A stretch of 64,000 nt of DNA from the NCBI GenBank assembly GCA_038065515.1, contig JBBTQV010000016.1, positions 5,462 through 69,461 of the forward strand, given 5' to 3'. This DNA is from Patescibacteria group bacterium (lineage in GTDB: Bacteria; Patescibacteriota; Minisyncoccia; 2-02-FULL-40-12; GWA2-44-9). Both the position numbers and the translations under genes were made by a program. The notes beneath the pieces are model-generated. The model made no database searches. It was not told the DNA's origin and was given only the letters and a program-made list of their open reading frames with translations. Shown one piece after another: positions 42,889-52,921 of the stretch. Each line of letters starts with the position of its first letter. The stretch's first letter is position 1.

Positions 42889-44900
42889 AATTAGTCATCG
42901 TTGAAAGCCCTACAAAAGCAAAAACAATCTCCCAGTATCTGGGAGATGATTTTGTCGTCCGCTCGAGCTACGGCCATGTGCGCGACTTGCCGAAATCCGA
43001 GCTGGGCATCGACACCGAACACGAGTTTGCGCCCACCTATATCGTGCCGACAAAAGCGAAAAAAAACCTCACCGAGTTGAAAAAAGAAGCGGCAAAAGCC
43101 GACACTATCGTGCTGGCGACCGATGAAGACCGCGAAGGAGAAGCGATAGCATGGCACCTCTTTGAGGCGTTGGGTCTGGCGAAACTTCAGAAGAAAAACA
43201 AAGAGCTCAAAATCCAGCGCATTGTGTTTCATGAAATCACGAAGCATGCCATCGAAGAGGCCGTCGCGAATCCGCGCGACATCGACCGCCATCTTGTGGA
43301 CGCCCAGCAGGCGCGTCGCGTGCTTGATCGTCTCGTCGGCTACAAACTTTCGCCGGTCCTCTGGAAACGCTACTACCGCGGGCTGTCGGCCGGGCGCGTA
43401 CAATCCGTCGCTACACGGCTGATTGTCGACCGGGAACGCGAAATCGAAGCGTTCAAGCCGGAAGAATACTGGACTATCACCGCGACGCTGCTGTCCGACG
43501 AGCACAAAGACATTCCCATCATCGCGGAGCTGTCGCAACGCGACGGCAAGCCATTGGATAAGTTCGGCATTCCCGACGAAATCACCTCAAAGAAAATCCT
43601 CGCGGCGCTCGACGGCGCCCCCTTTACCGTCGCCGCTGTTGAACGCACCGAAACATCGCGCATGCCGCACGCGCCGTTTACCACTTCCACCCTTCAGCAG
43701 GAATCCAATAAGCGCCTGCACTACTCCAGCAAGCAAACGATGATGTTCGCACAAGGTCTGTACGAGTCCGGTTATATCACCTACATGCGAACCGACTCGG
43801 TCAGTGTGGCCGAACAAGCGCTCGGACAATCGAAAGCATTCATCGAATCGCAGTACGGAGCGAATTACTTCAAGCGTCGCAAATTCAAGACAAAATCCAA
43901 GAGCGCGCAGGAAGCGCATGAAGCCGTGCGCCCAACCGACCCCGCACGCACACCCGAAATCATGGCTTCATCACTCTCGCCGCAACAACTCAAGCTGTAC
44001 GACCTCATCTGGCGTCGCTTCATGGCATCGCAGATGTCCGACGCGGTGTTTGATGCGACTGCCATTGATATCACCGCAAAGAATTTCGGTTTCCGCGCAA
44101 ACGGTTCGGTGCTCAAATTCGACGGCTGGCTCAAAGTCCTGCCGTCAAAGTTCGAAGATAATGCACTTCCGCTGGTGCGCTCCGGGGAAACGCTCGCACT
44201 GCAGGAGTTCAAACCCGAACAGCATTTCACGAAGCCGCCCGCGCGATACAACGAAGCGTCGCTCATCAAAACGCTTGAAAAAGAAGGTATCGGCCGGCCC
44301 AGCACCTACGCCGCAATCATCTCCACCATTGTCTTACGCAAATATGTAGAAAAAGACCGCTCACGCTATTTTCACCCGACACAAATCGGCAAGGATGTGA
44401 ACGACTATCTTGTCGAACAGTTCCCGCGCATCGTAGACCCGAAGTTCACCTCCGGCATGGAAGATCAGCTCGACGACATCGCCGCCGGCACGCGCCAGTG
44501 GGTCCCCACCATCCGCGCGTTTTACGCGCCGCTGGCGTTGGGCATCAAAGAAAAGATGACCGAGGCGCAGGCCGCGAAAGAATCCGAGATCGAGACCACC
44601 GACAAAATCTGCGACAAGTGCGGCAGTCCGATGGTGGTCAAGCGCGGCCGCTTTGGAAAGTTCATTGCCTGCTCAAACTTCCCCGAGTGCAAGAACATCT
44701 TCAAAGAACCAAGATCAACCGCGCCCGTTGAAAAAGTCGGCCGTGTCTGTCCGAAAGATGGCGGCGAGCTCATTTACCGCGTCGGCCGCTTCGGCAAGTT
44801 CATCGCCTGCGAAAACTTCCCGAAGTGCAAACACACGGAGAAGATCAAGAAAGCAAACGACGAACCAGTCACTTCTAAAAAAGAGGAACTGCAAACATAG
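42885..44900 (+). CDS. topA: DNA topoisomerase I
   Basis: LVIVESPTKAKTI, ATDEDREGEAI, SAGRVQS, ITYMRTDS and GIGRPSTY motifs; two C-terminal Zn-ribbons. Confidence 0.97.
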   Translation: MKLVIVESPTKAKTISQYLGDDFVVRSSYGHVRDLPKSELGIDTEHEFAPTYIVPTKAKKNLTELKKEAAKADTIVLATDEDREGEAIAWHLFEALGLAKLQKKNKELKIQRIVFHEITKHAIEEAVANPRDIDRHLVDAQQARRVLDRLVGYKLSPVLWKRYYRGLSAGRVQSVATRLIVDREREIEAFKPEEYWTITATLLSDEHKDIPIIAELSQRDGKPLDKFGIPDEITSKKILAALDGAPFTVAAVERTETSRMPHAPFTTSTLQQESNKRLHYSSKQTMMFAQGLYESGYITYMRTDSVSVAEQALGQSKAFIESQYGANYFKRRKFKTKSKSAQEAHEAVRPTDPARTPEIMASSLSPQQLKLYDLIWRRFMASQMSDAVFDATAIDITAKNFGFRANGSVLKFDGWLKVLPSKFEDNALPLVRSGETLALQEFKPEQHFTKPPARYNEASLIKTLEKEGIGRPSTYAAIISTIVLRKYVEKDRSRYFHPTQIGKDVNDYLVEQFPRIVDPKFTSGMEDQLDDIAAGTRQWVPTIRAFYAPLALGIKEKMTEAQAAKESEIETTDKICDKCGSPMVVKRGRFGKFIACSNFPECKNIFKEPRSTAPVEKVGRVCPKDGGELIYRVGRFGKFIACENFPKCKHTEKIKKANDEPVTSKKEELQT

Positions 44901-44904
44901 AAAT

Positions 44905-45119
44905 AGAACTGCTCTCGGCACTTCTGTTCCCGCTCCGCCCAGCGAGCCCGCCCCGCCTGGGCATACGCAGGGTCGCTTGCTGTGCCAAAGCCAAGCAAAC
45001 AGCGATGACGACGCATGCACCGGGACCCGGCGTATGCCCAGGCGGGGCGGGAAGCGCTATCTGAAATGACCCCGCTTTGGCGTTGGCAACTGCGAAGATT
45101 CGGATGTGGAGCAGTCTCT
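44905..45119. other. Unassigned structured intergenic element (candidate ncRNA)
   Basis: Perfect 22-bp inverted repeat 44947-44968 / 45030-45051 plus an outer stem ACTGCTC / GAGCAGT. Confidence 0.45.
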
Positions 45120-45166
45120 GCACAACAGGTTGAAACCGCCAGAGAATAGTTATAGACTTGCGTCAA

Positions 45167-46906
45167 ATGGAAACCGTGTTAGCAGACATCATTGCCCGGT
45201 TCGGATTATCGGACCAAACGCTCATCGAGCAGGCGTTCGAGTTTGCCCAACACGGCCACGAGGGTCAGGTGCGGGCATCCGGAGAACCGTACATCACCCA
45301 TCCCCTGCAGGTGGCGACATTCTTGGCAGACTTGGGTTTTGATGCGTCCACAGTGGCGGCTGCTCTCCTGCACGATATTCTGGAAGATACGCCCGTCACG
45401 AAAGGAGAGCTGGAACTGCGTTTTGGCAAAGAGGTCGCATTTCTGGTGGACGGGGTAACAAAGTTATCCGCCATCACTCTGCGCGGCACCCGCAAAGATA
45501 AGAAGTCCGCCGACCTGCAGACCGAATCATTGAAAAAGATGTTCTTCGCCATGGCCGAAGATTTGCGCGTCATCATCATCAAGCTGGCCGACCGTCTGCA
45601 CAACATGAACACTCTGCGCTATCTGCCCCCTGCAGACCGTGAACGCATTGCGCGCGAGACCATGGAAATCTACGCGCCCATCGCGGGACGACTCGGTATG
45701 GGCCGCCTCAAGGGCGAACTCGACGACCTGGCCTTTCCGTTCGCCTACCCCGCCGAATACGCATGGCTGAAGAAAACCATCAAGGGAAAATACGAAAGCC
45801 GCCTGCACTACATTGAACGCACCGCCCCGCTTGTGAAGCGGCGGTTGCTGGATGCCGACATCCCGGTCATTGACATTCACGCGCGTGCAAAACGCATGTG
45901 GTCGCTGTATGAAAAACTCCAGCGCTACAGTATGGATCCCGACAAGGTGCTCGACCTCGTCGCGATGCGCATCATAGTGCCGGAAATAAAAGATTGCTAT
46001 GCCGCCATGGGCGTCATCCACGCGCACTATAAACCAATGCCCGGCCGCGTGAAAGATTTCATCGCCCTCCCCAAGCCCAACGGCTACCGCTCACTGCACA
46101 CCACGGTGTTCTGCGAACGGGGCCGCATCGCTGAAATCCAAATCCGCACACCGGAGATGCACGACCACGCCGAGAACGGCATCGCATCGCACTGGGCGTA
46201 CACCGAAGCGGGCAAGCCCCGAGCAGTGTCGGCCAAACAACAGGAGCTCGCATGGGTGAACCAGTTGAAGAATGTCCTGCGGGACATCAAAACATCGCAG
46301 GGCATGGCCGACCTGAAAATCGAATTCTTCAAGAACCGCATCTTTGTGCTCACCCCGCACGGCGACATCAAAGATCTTCCCGAAGGCGCAACGCCGCTGG
46401 ATTTCGCATATTCCATCCACTCCGAGTTGGGCCATCGAACGACCAGTGCGCTGGTGAACGGCCGCATCGTCCCGTTGAGCTCGGCACTGCAATCAGGCGA
46501 TGTGGCGGAAATCATCAAAGGGAAGGAAGCGAGGCCGAGCAAAGGCTGGCTGCACATTGTGAAGACAAACCAGGCCGCCAAACACATCAGGTCGTGGTTC
46601 AATAATTCGGGGCCGCCGGATAAGTCCGAATCTAACTCGGAGCCATCTCATAGCTCACGCCTTTCGACAGGCACTGCACGCAAGAAAGTCGCACGCCCGA
46701 AGACGATTGCGGCTCATGCTTCGGCTATTCTCATCGACGGCCAGGATGGGATGGCATATCGGCTCGGCAAGTGTTGTACGCCGACCACCGCTTCCCCCGT
46801 CATCGGCTATCTCACGCTCACCCGCGGCGTCACCGTGCATGTCGTCGATTGCGCCAACATAAAAACCGCCGATAAACAGCGGCTATTGGACGCTCAGTGG
46901 GAATAA
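45167..46906 (+). CDS. rel: RelA/SpoT (p)ppGpp synthetase/hydrolase (HD + synthetase + TGS; no ACT domain)
   Basis: R.SGEPYI.HP, LLHDILED, KLADRLHNM, PKPNGYRSLHT, EIQIRT, TGS motif TPLDFAY.IH and CC.P...H..DC. Confidence 0.92.
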   Translation: METVLADIIARFGLSDQTLIEQAFEFAQHGHEGQVRASGEPYITHPLQVATFLADLGFDASTVAAALLHDILEDTPVTKGELELRFGKEVAFLVDGVTKLSAITLRGTRKDKKSADLQTESLKKMFFAMAEDLRVIIIKLADRLHNMNTLRYLPPADRERIARETMEIYAPIAGRLGMGRLKGELDDLAFPFAYPAEYAWLKKTIKGKYESRLHYIERTAPLVKRRLLDADIPVIDIHARAKRMWSLYEKLQRYSMDPDKVLDLVAMRIIVPEIKDCYAAMGVIHAHYKPMPGRVKDFIALPKPNGYRSLHTTVFCERGRIAEIQIRTPEMHDHAENGIASHWAYTEAGKPRAVSAKQQELAWVNQLKNVLRDIKTSQGMADLKIEFFKNRIFVLTPHGDIKDLPEGATPLDFAYSIHSELGHRTTSALVNGRIVPLSSALQSGDVAEIIKGKEARPSKGWLHIVKTNQAAKHIRSWFNNSGPPDKSESNSEPSHSSRLSTGTARKKVARPKTIAAHASAILIDGQDGMAYRLGKCCTPTTASPVIGYLTLTRGVTVHVVDCANIKTADKQRLLDAQWE

Positions 46907-46911
46907 CACCA

Positions 46912-47469
46912 CTATCGCCTATAGCTATCGCGTGCCAGCTCAACAGCACGGCGCTGCTCGGAGCTCATTCGTTTGAATCGCGGATCAAAAAGCAGGCAGG
47001 TAAGAATCCCCACAGCGCTAGTTGGCGCAGCGGCGGCAGCTTCTGCGAGTTTACTTCCAATCATCTGATCGAGTTTGCTCTTCGGTTCTAATCTCTCTAT
47101 TTCGCCACTGATGTATGCAATGACTTCAGGGTCGTTTTCTCGTAGCGCAAAAGCGTATAAATCATCGAGACCACCTTTTGCATCGGCGCGGGTCGCTTTT
47201 CCTGAAAATCCGGCATCCAAGATTATGCGGGCGGCACGAACCAATTCTTGCGCCCGCTCAATACTGCCGATTCCGGATGTCATATTGACAATTCCCGCTT
47301 GTTGCTCATACTCATTTAACGCATCTTGAGCCTCTTGGACTTTTGGATTTTCCAAATCCAGCGGATTATTAATCCCTTCTTCTTTCAATTTCTTGAACAA
47401 TTCTAAAGCATTCTCGTAGCTACCGAGTTCCGTTTCTTTCTTTTCCGGCGGTATCGGAGGACCTTCCAT
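46912..47469 (-). CDS. Hypothetical helical protein
   Basis: 185-aa ORF downstream of parB. Confidence 0.65.
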   Translation of the reverse strand: MEGPPIPPEKKETELGSYENALELFKKLKEEGINNPLDLENPKVQEAQDALNEYEQQAGIVNMTSGIGSIERAQELVRAARIILDAGFSGKATRADAKGGLDDLYAFALRENDPEVIAYISGEIERLEPKSKLDQMIGSKLAEAAAAAPTSAVGILTCLLFDPRFKRMSSEQRRAVELARDSYRR

Positions 47470-47478
47470 ACTTATAGA

Positions 47479-48384
47479 TTAGCCGATAATCTTTTTAACG
47501 ACAGTGTTGAGGTGCTCCAAATCGGCAAAACGGATAACGATTTGCCCGGTTCGCGATGAAGACCCCTGTGCGCGAATGATGACCGGCGCTCCTAGATGAT
47601 CAGCGAGATTGCGCATCAGATCATCAAACCTTTCATTGTGACGCGCTTTCCGCCGACCGACCGCGGCTTTCGCGGATGATGCGGCGTACTCGAGGTCTTT
47701 TGTGGAAAAACCACCGGTCGCAATTTGCTCGTACGCCTGTTTCTGCGCAGTGGCATCCTGAAACGACAGGAGCGAACGGGCGGCGGTCCCACTGATGCGG
47801 CCATCGCGCGTGGCATCTTTGATGTACTGCGGGAGGTTGACCAGACGCATCACATTGGCAACCGCCTCGCGCGATTTGCCAACCTTATCGGCGATTTCTT
47901 GCTGCCGGAGACCAAACTCTCCCGCAAGCCGGCAATAGGCTTCGGCCTGCTCGATGGGATTGAGGTCTTCGCGTTGGAGATTTTCGATGAGCGCGACTTC
48001 AAGCCGGTTTGATTTTGTCCCGGAACTGCTGGGTGTGAGGTCGTCGCGGATGATTACCGGCACGGTCGGCAGTCCCGCAAGTTGCGCGGCACGCCACCGG
48101 CGCTCTCCGGCAATGAGCTGGTAGGTGACCGCTCTCCCCCGCGGGAGATCTTCTTCCATTTTAGAAACCAGTAACGGCTGGAGCACACCGAACTTGCGAA
48201 TGCTCCGTGCCAGCTCGGCGAGCGCCTCCTGATCGAAATCGGTGCGGGGCTGATCGGGGTTGGGTTGAATCTTTGTGACCTCAACAAAGAAGATACTCTC
48301 GCGGCGGTTGTTCACCGCATCCGCGACGGAGTCGGGAATCAGGGAACCCAACCCTTTGCCTAATCCGAATAATTTTTTGGGCAT
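47479..48384 (-). CDS. parB: Chromosome partitioning protein ParB
   Basis: [27 protein letters not shown] and [15 protein letters not shown] motifs. Confidence 0.95.
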   Translation of the reverse strand: MPKKLFGLGKGLGSLIPDSVADAVNNRRESIFFVEVTKIQPNPDQPRTDFDQEALAELARSIRKFGVLQPLLVSKMEEDLPRGRAVTYQLIAGERRWRAAQLAGLPTVPVIIRDDLTPSSSGTKSNRLEVALIENLQREDLNPIEQAEAYCRLAGEFGLRQQEIADKVGKSREAVANVMRLVNLPQYIKDATRDGRISGTAARSLLSFQDATAQKQAYEQIATGGFSTKDLEYAASSAKAAVGRRKARHNERFDDLMRNLADHLGAPVIIRAQGSSSRTGQIVIRFADLEHLNTVVKKIIG

Positions 48385-48388
48385 AGTG

Positions 48389-49156
48389 TCAGTGTAAACG
48401 AATTATCTCCTCTGCCAAGTGGCGGTACGCCATGGCGGCTTTTCCGGCGGGGTCATGCTGAAGAATTGTTTTCCCAAAACTGGGCGCTTCCGCGACCGAA
48501 ATAACCCGCGGTATCACCGATTGGAACACGCGCCCCGGAAAATTGTTCATCACTTCGTTGACCACCTGCCGTGAGAGTTGGATGCGCTTGTCGTGCATGG
48601 TGAGCACGACGCCCAGCACGCTCAAGTTTGGATTGATGCCGCCGCGTACCAGATCAATGGTGCGCATCAGCTGGCCCAGGCCTTCCAGCGCATAGTATTC
48701 GCACTGCACCGGAATCAGCACATGATCGGACGCCGCGAGCGCGTTGATGGTGAGCAATCCCAACGACGGCGGGCAATCGATAAGCACATAATCGTAGTTA
48801 TTGCGCAGGTGGTTGAGCGCACGGCGCAGACGATATTCGCGCTCCTCCATGCTCACCAGCTCTACGGTCGCGCCCGCCAGAGACTGTGCGGCTGGCAATA
48901 TGTCGTAGCCGAAAATGGATGTCTTGCGAACCATCGGCAACGGGTTGGCGTCGCTCACCAGCGAGTGATACACATTCTGGGCGGCCGGTTCCACCTCCAT
49001 GCCCAGCCCCAGTGTGGCGTTGGCCTGCGAATCTAAATCAACGAGCAGAACATATTTACCCTGCGCGGCGAGATACGCGCCAAGATTGACCGATGTAGTG
49101 GTCTTCCCCACACCACCCTTCTGATTACAGACAGCAATGATTCTCGCCATGGCCAT
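48389..49156 (-). CDS. parA: Chromosome partitioning ATPase ParA/Soj
   Basis: NQKGGVGKTTT, DCPPSLGLLT, PVQCEYYALEG and AEAPSFG motifs. Confidence 0.95.
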   Translation of the reverse strand: MAMARIIAVCNQKGGVGKTTTSVNLGAYLAAQGKYVLLVDLDSQANATLGLGMEVEPAAQNVYHSLVSDANPLPMVRKTSIFGYDILPAAQSLAGATVELVSMEEREYRLRRALNHLRNNYDYVLIDCPPSLGLLTINALAASDHVLIPVQCEYYALEGLGQLMRTIDLVRGGINPNLSVLGVVLTMHDKRIQLSRQVVNEVMNNFPGRVFQSVIPRVISVAEAPSFGKTILQHDPAGKAAMAYRHLAEEIIRLH

Positions 49157-49248
49157 CCCATTCTATTGGATAATCCAAGATTTGCAAAGAAACAACGCGC
49201 AACCCCACATTGAAAAAATCCTAAACCATGCTATAATAACTTTCACAT

Positions 49249-49332
49249 GCCGCTGTGGCGGAATTGGCAGACGCAATTGACTCAAAATCAATCGGGAGCA
49301 ATCCCATGTCGGTTCGACTCCGACCAGCGGCA
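49249..49332 (+). tRNA. tRNA-Leu(CAA)
   Basis: GCCGCTG.., ATTGA-CT-CAA-AA-TCAAT, long variable arm, GGTTCGACTCC. TATAAT lies upstream and a hairpin terminator downstream. Confidence 0.93.
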
Positions 49333-49492
49333 CAGAACAAAAAATCCCTAAGGGATTTTTTGTTCTGTGGATGCCGATCCTTTTTATTTATGCACACCTT
49401 CAGGCATTGCGCTGAAAATCAACATGCTATCATGCGCGTATCGCGCGGCGTGCGCGGGGGGAGTTACCCTCCGAAGCCTTAGCGAAGGAGGG

Positions 49493-49729
49493 ATGAAACA
49501 ACTACACAAACAAAAACATGAGCGTCAGCGAACGGAACCGCTGCCCGAATCCTATCTGCTCTGTCGCGAATGCGACGGCACCTGGGTCGACAGCCGCAAC
49601 GGCACCTGCACCCACTGTTCAGTGCATACGACAAGCCAGGATTTTCATCTCTGCCTCTCGTGCGCACTGACTGAAAAAAGATGCCAGCACTGTGGTCAGG
49701 AGATGCATGTGCATATAGCCAAGTGCTAA
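49493..49729 (+). CDS. Small Cys-rich zinc-finger protein
   Basis: ATG after AAGGAGG; four CxxC pairs (CREC, CTHC, CLSC, CQHC). Confidence 0.6.
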   Translation: MKQLHKQKHERQRTEPLPESYLLCRECDGTWVDSRNGTCTHCSVHTTSQDFHLCLSCALTEKRCQHCGQEMHVHIAKC

Positions 49730-49760
49730 AAGAATCGCCCGCCACATGGCGGGCGTTGTG

Positions 49761-50210
49761 TTAGCTGTGCTTGATCAGTTCGGCGCGATACTGTTCTTGA
49801 AAAAACATGAGCGCCCAGTCCTCCGCGCTCCACCCCCGCTGGGTCCAGTGGATCCAGCGGCCACACGCAACCGGCTGTCCGCTGACCCATTCGTACTTAT
49901 AGACAATCTTCCGCGCCCACGATGGCAAGTGGCCCCAGAAAGCGACAACGATTTTTCCAATCTTGGACCACTGATACGAATAAGGGTGAAAACCCTCGTA
50001 ATGGTCCGTATGGATAACACCGTCGAACAGAATTGCGCCTTCCGATGACTCCACCTTGAGGTGATCACCCTCCTCAATAATCGCCAGCGCATCGTACATC
50101 AGATCGGAACCGCACTGGTCTGTATCGACATCCAACACCCAGACCGTGCCTTCACATCCCGTCTCAAAAAAGTCAAACAGGACACCCGTGTACCGTTTTT
50201 CCATGCACAC
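49761..50210 (-). CDS. Hypothetical protein
   Basis: 149-aa ORF with a GAGGAGG SD (likely ATG 50204). Confidence 0.65.
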   Translation of the reverse strand: MCMEKRYTGVLFDFFETGCEGTVWVLDVDTDQCGSDLMYDALAIIEEGDHLKVESSEGAILFDGVIHTDHYEGFHPYSYQWSKIGKIVVAFWGHLPSWARKIVYKYEWVSGQPVACGRWIHWTQRGWSAEDWALMFFQEQYRAELIKHS

Positions 50211-50237
50211 CTCCTCGTATGAACTGCCGACAGGTTA

Positions 50238-51068
50238 TCAGATATGAGTTACCAGCACAATCAGATTCTCCAGTACTGCGGAGACCACCAGCGGACCCAT
50301 ACCACCGGGAACCGGCGTCAGAAGGCCGGCTTTTTTGTGTGCTGAAGCGAAATCAACATCACCGAAATATGCGGTGCCCTTTTTGGCGAATCCGTAATCA
50401 ATAACGATCGCACCCTCGCGTATCCACTCGTCTGTTACGAGGCCGGGCGTTCCGGTTGCGGCAATCACCATCTCTGCCTGCCGTGAAATCTCCGACGGAT
50501 GAGGCGTGTTTATGTCGATGATGTCTACACGCGCACCCTGTTGCGCAAGCCAGTGAGCGACGGGTTTGCCCACGAGCTCACCCGCTCCCACCATCGCAAT
50601 ACGCATATCGCGAATCGCAATCTCGTGCGCGTGCAATACATACTTTAGCGCCAACACCGACGAAGGCACGACCGCACCATGATTTTCATAAAACATCTTC
50701 TGTGTATGCGGCGATAGCACATCCACATCTTTCTGTGCGGGTATCAGCGACAACAGCGCCGCGCTGTTCCACGATACGGGTAGCGGCAACTCCACAAAAA
50801 TTCCGTGCACGCCCTCATCGCCGACTAGATACTGCAGAGTCTGCCGCGCCCCATCTTCATCGTTTGCATCAAAAAAATAACTGGAGAATTCAGCGCCAAT
50901 TGATTGTGCCGCCTTTTGTTTCAGTTTCACAAATGAACGCAGCCCCACATCGTCGCCCACGCAGAGCGCGGCAAGACGCAACGGTTCACCGAGCGCGCTC
51001 AACTGTTCGGCAAGGCCGGTCATCACCACATCCGCAATTGCTTTTCCGTCAACAATTTCCGCGGTCAT
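50238..51068 (-). CDS. folD: Methylenetetrahydrofolate dehydrogenase/cyclohydrolase
   Basis: VDGKAIA, GIFVELPLP, KDVD, LVGKP, GDVD and TPVPGGMGP motifs. Confidence 0.92.
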   Translation of the reverse strand: MTAEIVDGKAIADVVMTGLAEQLSALGEPLRLAALCVGDDVGLRSFVKLKQKAAQSIGAEFSSYFFDANDEDGARQTLQYLVGDEGVHGIFVELPLPVSWNSAALLSLIPAQKDVDVLSPHTQKMFYENHGAVVPSSVLALKYVLHAHEIAIRDMRIAMVGAGELVGKPVAHWLAQQGARVDIIDINTPHPSEISRQAEMVIAATGTPGLVTDEWIREGAIVIDYGFAKKGTAYFGDVDFASAHKKAGLLTPVPGGMGPLVVSAVLENLIVLVTHI

Positions 51069-51105
51069 TTTTCTTTATTCTATTTTCCACTTTCTATTTT
51101 CTATT

Positions 51106-51738
51106 CTAGAGCAACGCTAGTATCTTGTCTGCACGCACAGCACCCTGACGCAATATGCGCGGCACGCGGCCGGAGAGATCCACCACAGTTGACGGCAGAG
51201 AGTCCGGCAGCGGCCCGGCATCGATAATCACATCCGGCTGCGGAACCGTCGCCGTGAATGCGGCGGCGATATGCGCGGCGTCACTTGTCGGTTCCGAGCC
51301 AGACACATTTGCGGATGTCCCCGTGAGCGGGTAGCCTAGGTGACGCAACAGCCCCTGTAAAAATGGGAAGTCCGGCGCGCGAATACCGACAGTCTGCCCT
51401 CCCCCACACATGACGGCCGGCACAATAGAACGACGCGGCAGCACGAATGTCACCTTCCCCGGCCAAAACTGCTCGATAACTTTTTCCTGTTCGGGAGTGA
51501 TGTACGCAAGCTCGCGTGCCCATGACAGATCGCGCACCAACATCGGAAGCGCCTTCACATAACTGCGATGCTTGATGTCGAACACCCGCCCGACCGCCGT
51601 CGGGTCCAATGCATTGCATCCCAAACCGTAAAGCGTATCGGTTGGAAACACCGCCGTGCCGCCGCGGCGCAACACCGCCACAACCCGTTCAATGACCGGC
51701 ATAGTGTCCGCGGCAAAGTCAGTCTTGAGCGTCTGCAT
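51106..51738 (-). CDS. tsaC: Threonylcarbamoyl-AMP synthase (YrdC/Sua5)
   Basis: FPTDTLYGL, K.R, WPG.VT, TSAN.SG, PSTVVD and ILRQG motifs. Confidence 0.92.
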   Translation of the reverse strand: MQTLKTDFAADTMPVIERVVAVLRRGGTAVFPTDTLYGLGCNALDPTAVGRVFDIKHRSYVKALPMLVRDLSWARELAYITPEQEKVIEQFWPGKVTFVLPRRSIVPAVMCGGGQTVGIRAPDFPFLQGLLRHLGYPLTGTSANVSGSEPTSDAAHIAAAFTATVPQPDVIIDAGPLPDSLPSTVVDLSGRVPRILRQGAVRADKILALL

Positions 51739-51765
51739 GGCAGGCTCCCTCTTGTCGGTTTCGGA

Positions 51766-52053
51766 TTACTTCTTTTCTTCCTTCTTTTTCTTGGGCTTCC
51801 AGCTCTCCATCTTTGGCCGATCCCATACCTTGTAATTGACCATTAGATTGTTGACGGTCGGGCTGATCTGCGCGCCGTTAGCCATCAAAGCTTCGATGCG
51901 TTCGCGGTCCGCCTTGAACACCTTACCGCGGGGGTCGTAGGTGCCAAGCATTTCTTGGTATTTTCCCTGCGGCTTCTTGGTATGTTCAAGCACAACCACC
52001 TTGAAATGGGCTTGCTTCTTCTTCCCGATGCGTTGCAGTCGGATCATCAACAT
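51766..52053 (-). CDS. rpsP: 30S ribosomal protein S16
   Basis: MLMIRLQRIGKK..., LGTYDP and GAQ.S.TV motifs. Confidence 0.95.
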   Translation of the reverse strand: MLMIRLQRIGKKKQAHFKVVVLEHTKKPQGKYQEMLGTYDPRGKVFKADRERIEALMANGAQISPTVNNLMVNYKVWDRPKMESWKPKKKKEEKK

Positions 52054-52142
52054 AGTGAACTATCCTACTACATAAGCACTAAAAAGGCAAGTATTTGACT
52101 ATCTCTCACGGTCGTGCCATATTCATTGCGGAGGCTTAACAA

Positions 52143-52478
52143 ATGACCATAGTGCAGCTGTGTGAACAGCTTGGTGCAGCACTCATGATGCGCATTCAGT
52201 ACCCGCGCAATGAGTTTGAGACCTGTGCAGGCACGCATACCTGCTATCTGGACCCCGAACGATGCGCCGTCTTCATAGACGGGAAAAGGAGCCTTCCGGG
52301 ATTCCCGTTCGGAATCGGCTGGAATGAACGGGAAGCGATGACCGATCTGGTCGCGGGGCTGCTCGAATTGCGGAAGCCGCATGGGAAAGCGCCGGTGCAT
52401 AGCATCGTCATCCGCTGCCGGAGTCTCTACGACAATCAGATTCGCGAGATTCCCATCCCCGCGGACCTGACCGCATAG
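52143..52478 (+). CDS. Hypothetical protein
   Basis: 111 aa with a GGAGG SD. Confidence 0.6.
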   Translation: MTIVQLCEQLGAALMMRIQYPRNEFETCAGTHTCYLDPERCAVFIDGKRSLPGFPFGIGWNEREAMTDLVAGLLELRKPHGKAPVHSIVIRCRSLYDNQIREIPIPADLTA

Positions 52479-52494
52479 ATAGATTGAGGTAACC

Positions 52495-52890
52495 ATGAAG
52501 AACTTGCGGAAGTTTGTGCACGATGTGTGCCGGCAGACAGGCGCTAATTGCTTCATCGATATCACCTACTTTGCCGGCCCACGGCCGGAGGTGTCCGGCC
52601 CCAACGACATCTTCGTTGCGCGCATGAGGATGCAGATTCTTCTCAACGGAGCTTTTCCAAACATTAGCCTCTGTTACAAGGATGAGCGGCTCACGCGCGA
52701 GTTCGGCAGTGTCTACGGTCGTGGTCGCACCGCCGACAAGGCATTCGCAGCGCTTCTGCGTTCCATTGCCGGCAAAACACTCACCGTGACCATCGGGGAC
52801 ACCACCCATACCATCGATGTGCCGCGCAACATCACTAAAGGAAAGCTCGTCACCAAACCCGACCCCTTGTATTATTCTCGTGGTCGATAA
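52495..52890 (+). CDS. Hypothetical protein
   Basis: 131 aa with a GAGG SD; followed by the hairpin AGCCGCCC..GGGCGGCT and TTTT. Confidence 0.6.
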   Translation: MKNLRKFVHDVCRQTGANCFIDITYFAGPRPEVSGPNDIFVARMRMQILLNGAFPNISLCYKDERLTREFGSVYGRGRTADKAFAALLRSIAGKTLTVTIGDTTHTIDVPRNITKGKLVTKPDPLYYSRGR

Positions 52891-52921
52891 CACTCAGCCG
52901 CCCCTCACCGGGCGGCTTTTC

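Noticed and set aside
44905-45119. tmRNA or SRP RNA identity for the topA-rel element
   Set aside because: No tRNA-like GGGG…TCCACCA ends and no SRP domain IV (CAGG-GNRA-AGCA) motif were recognised.
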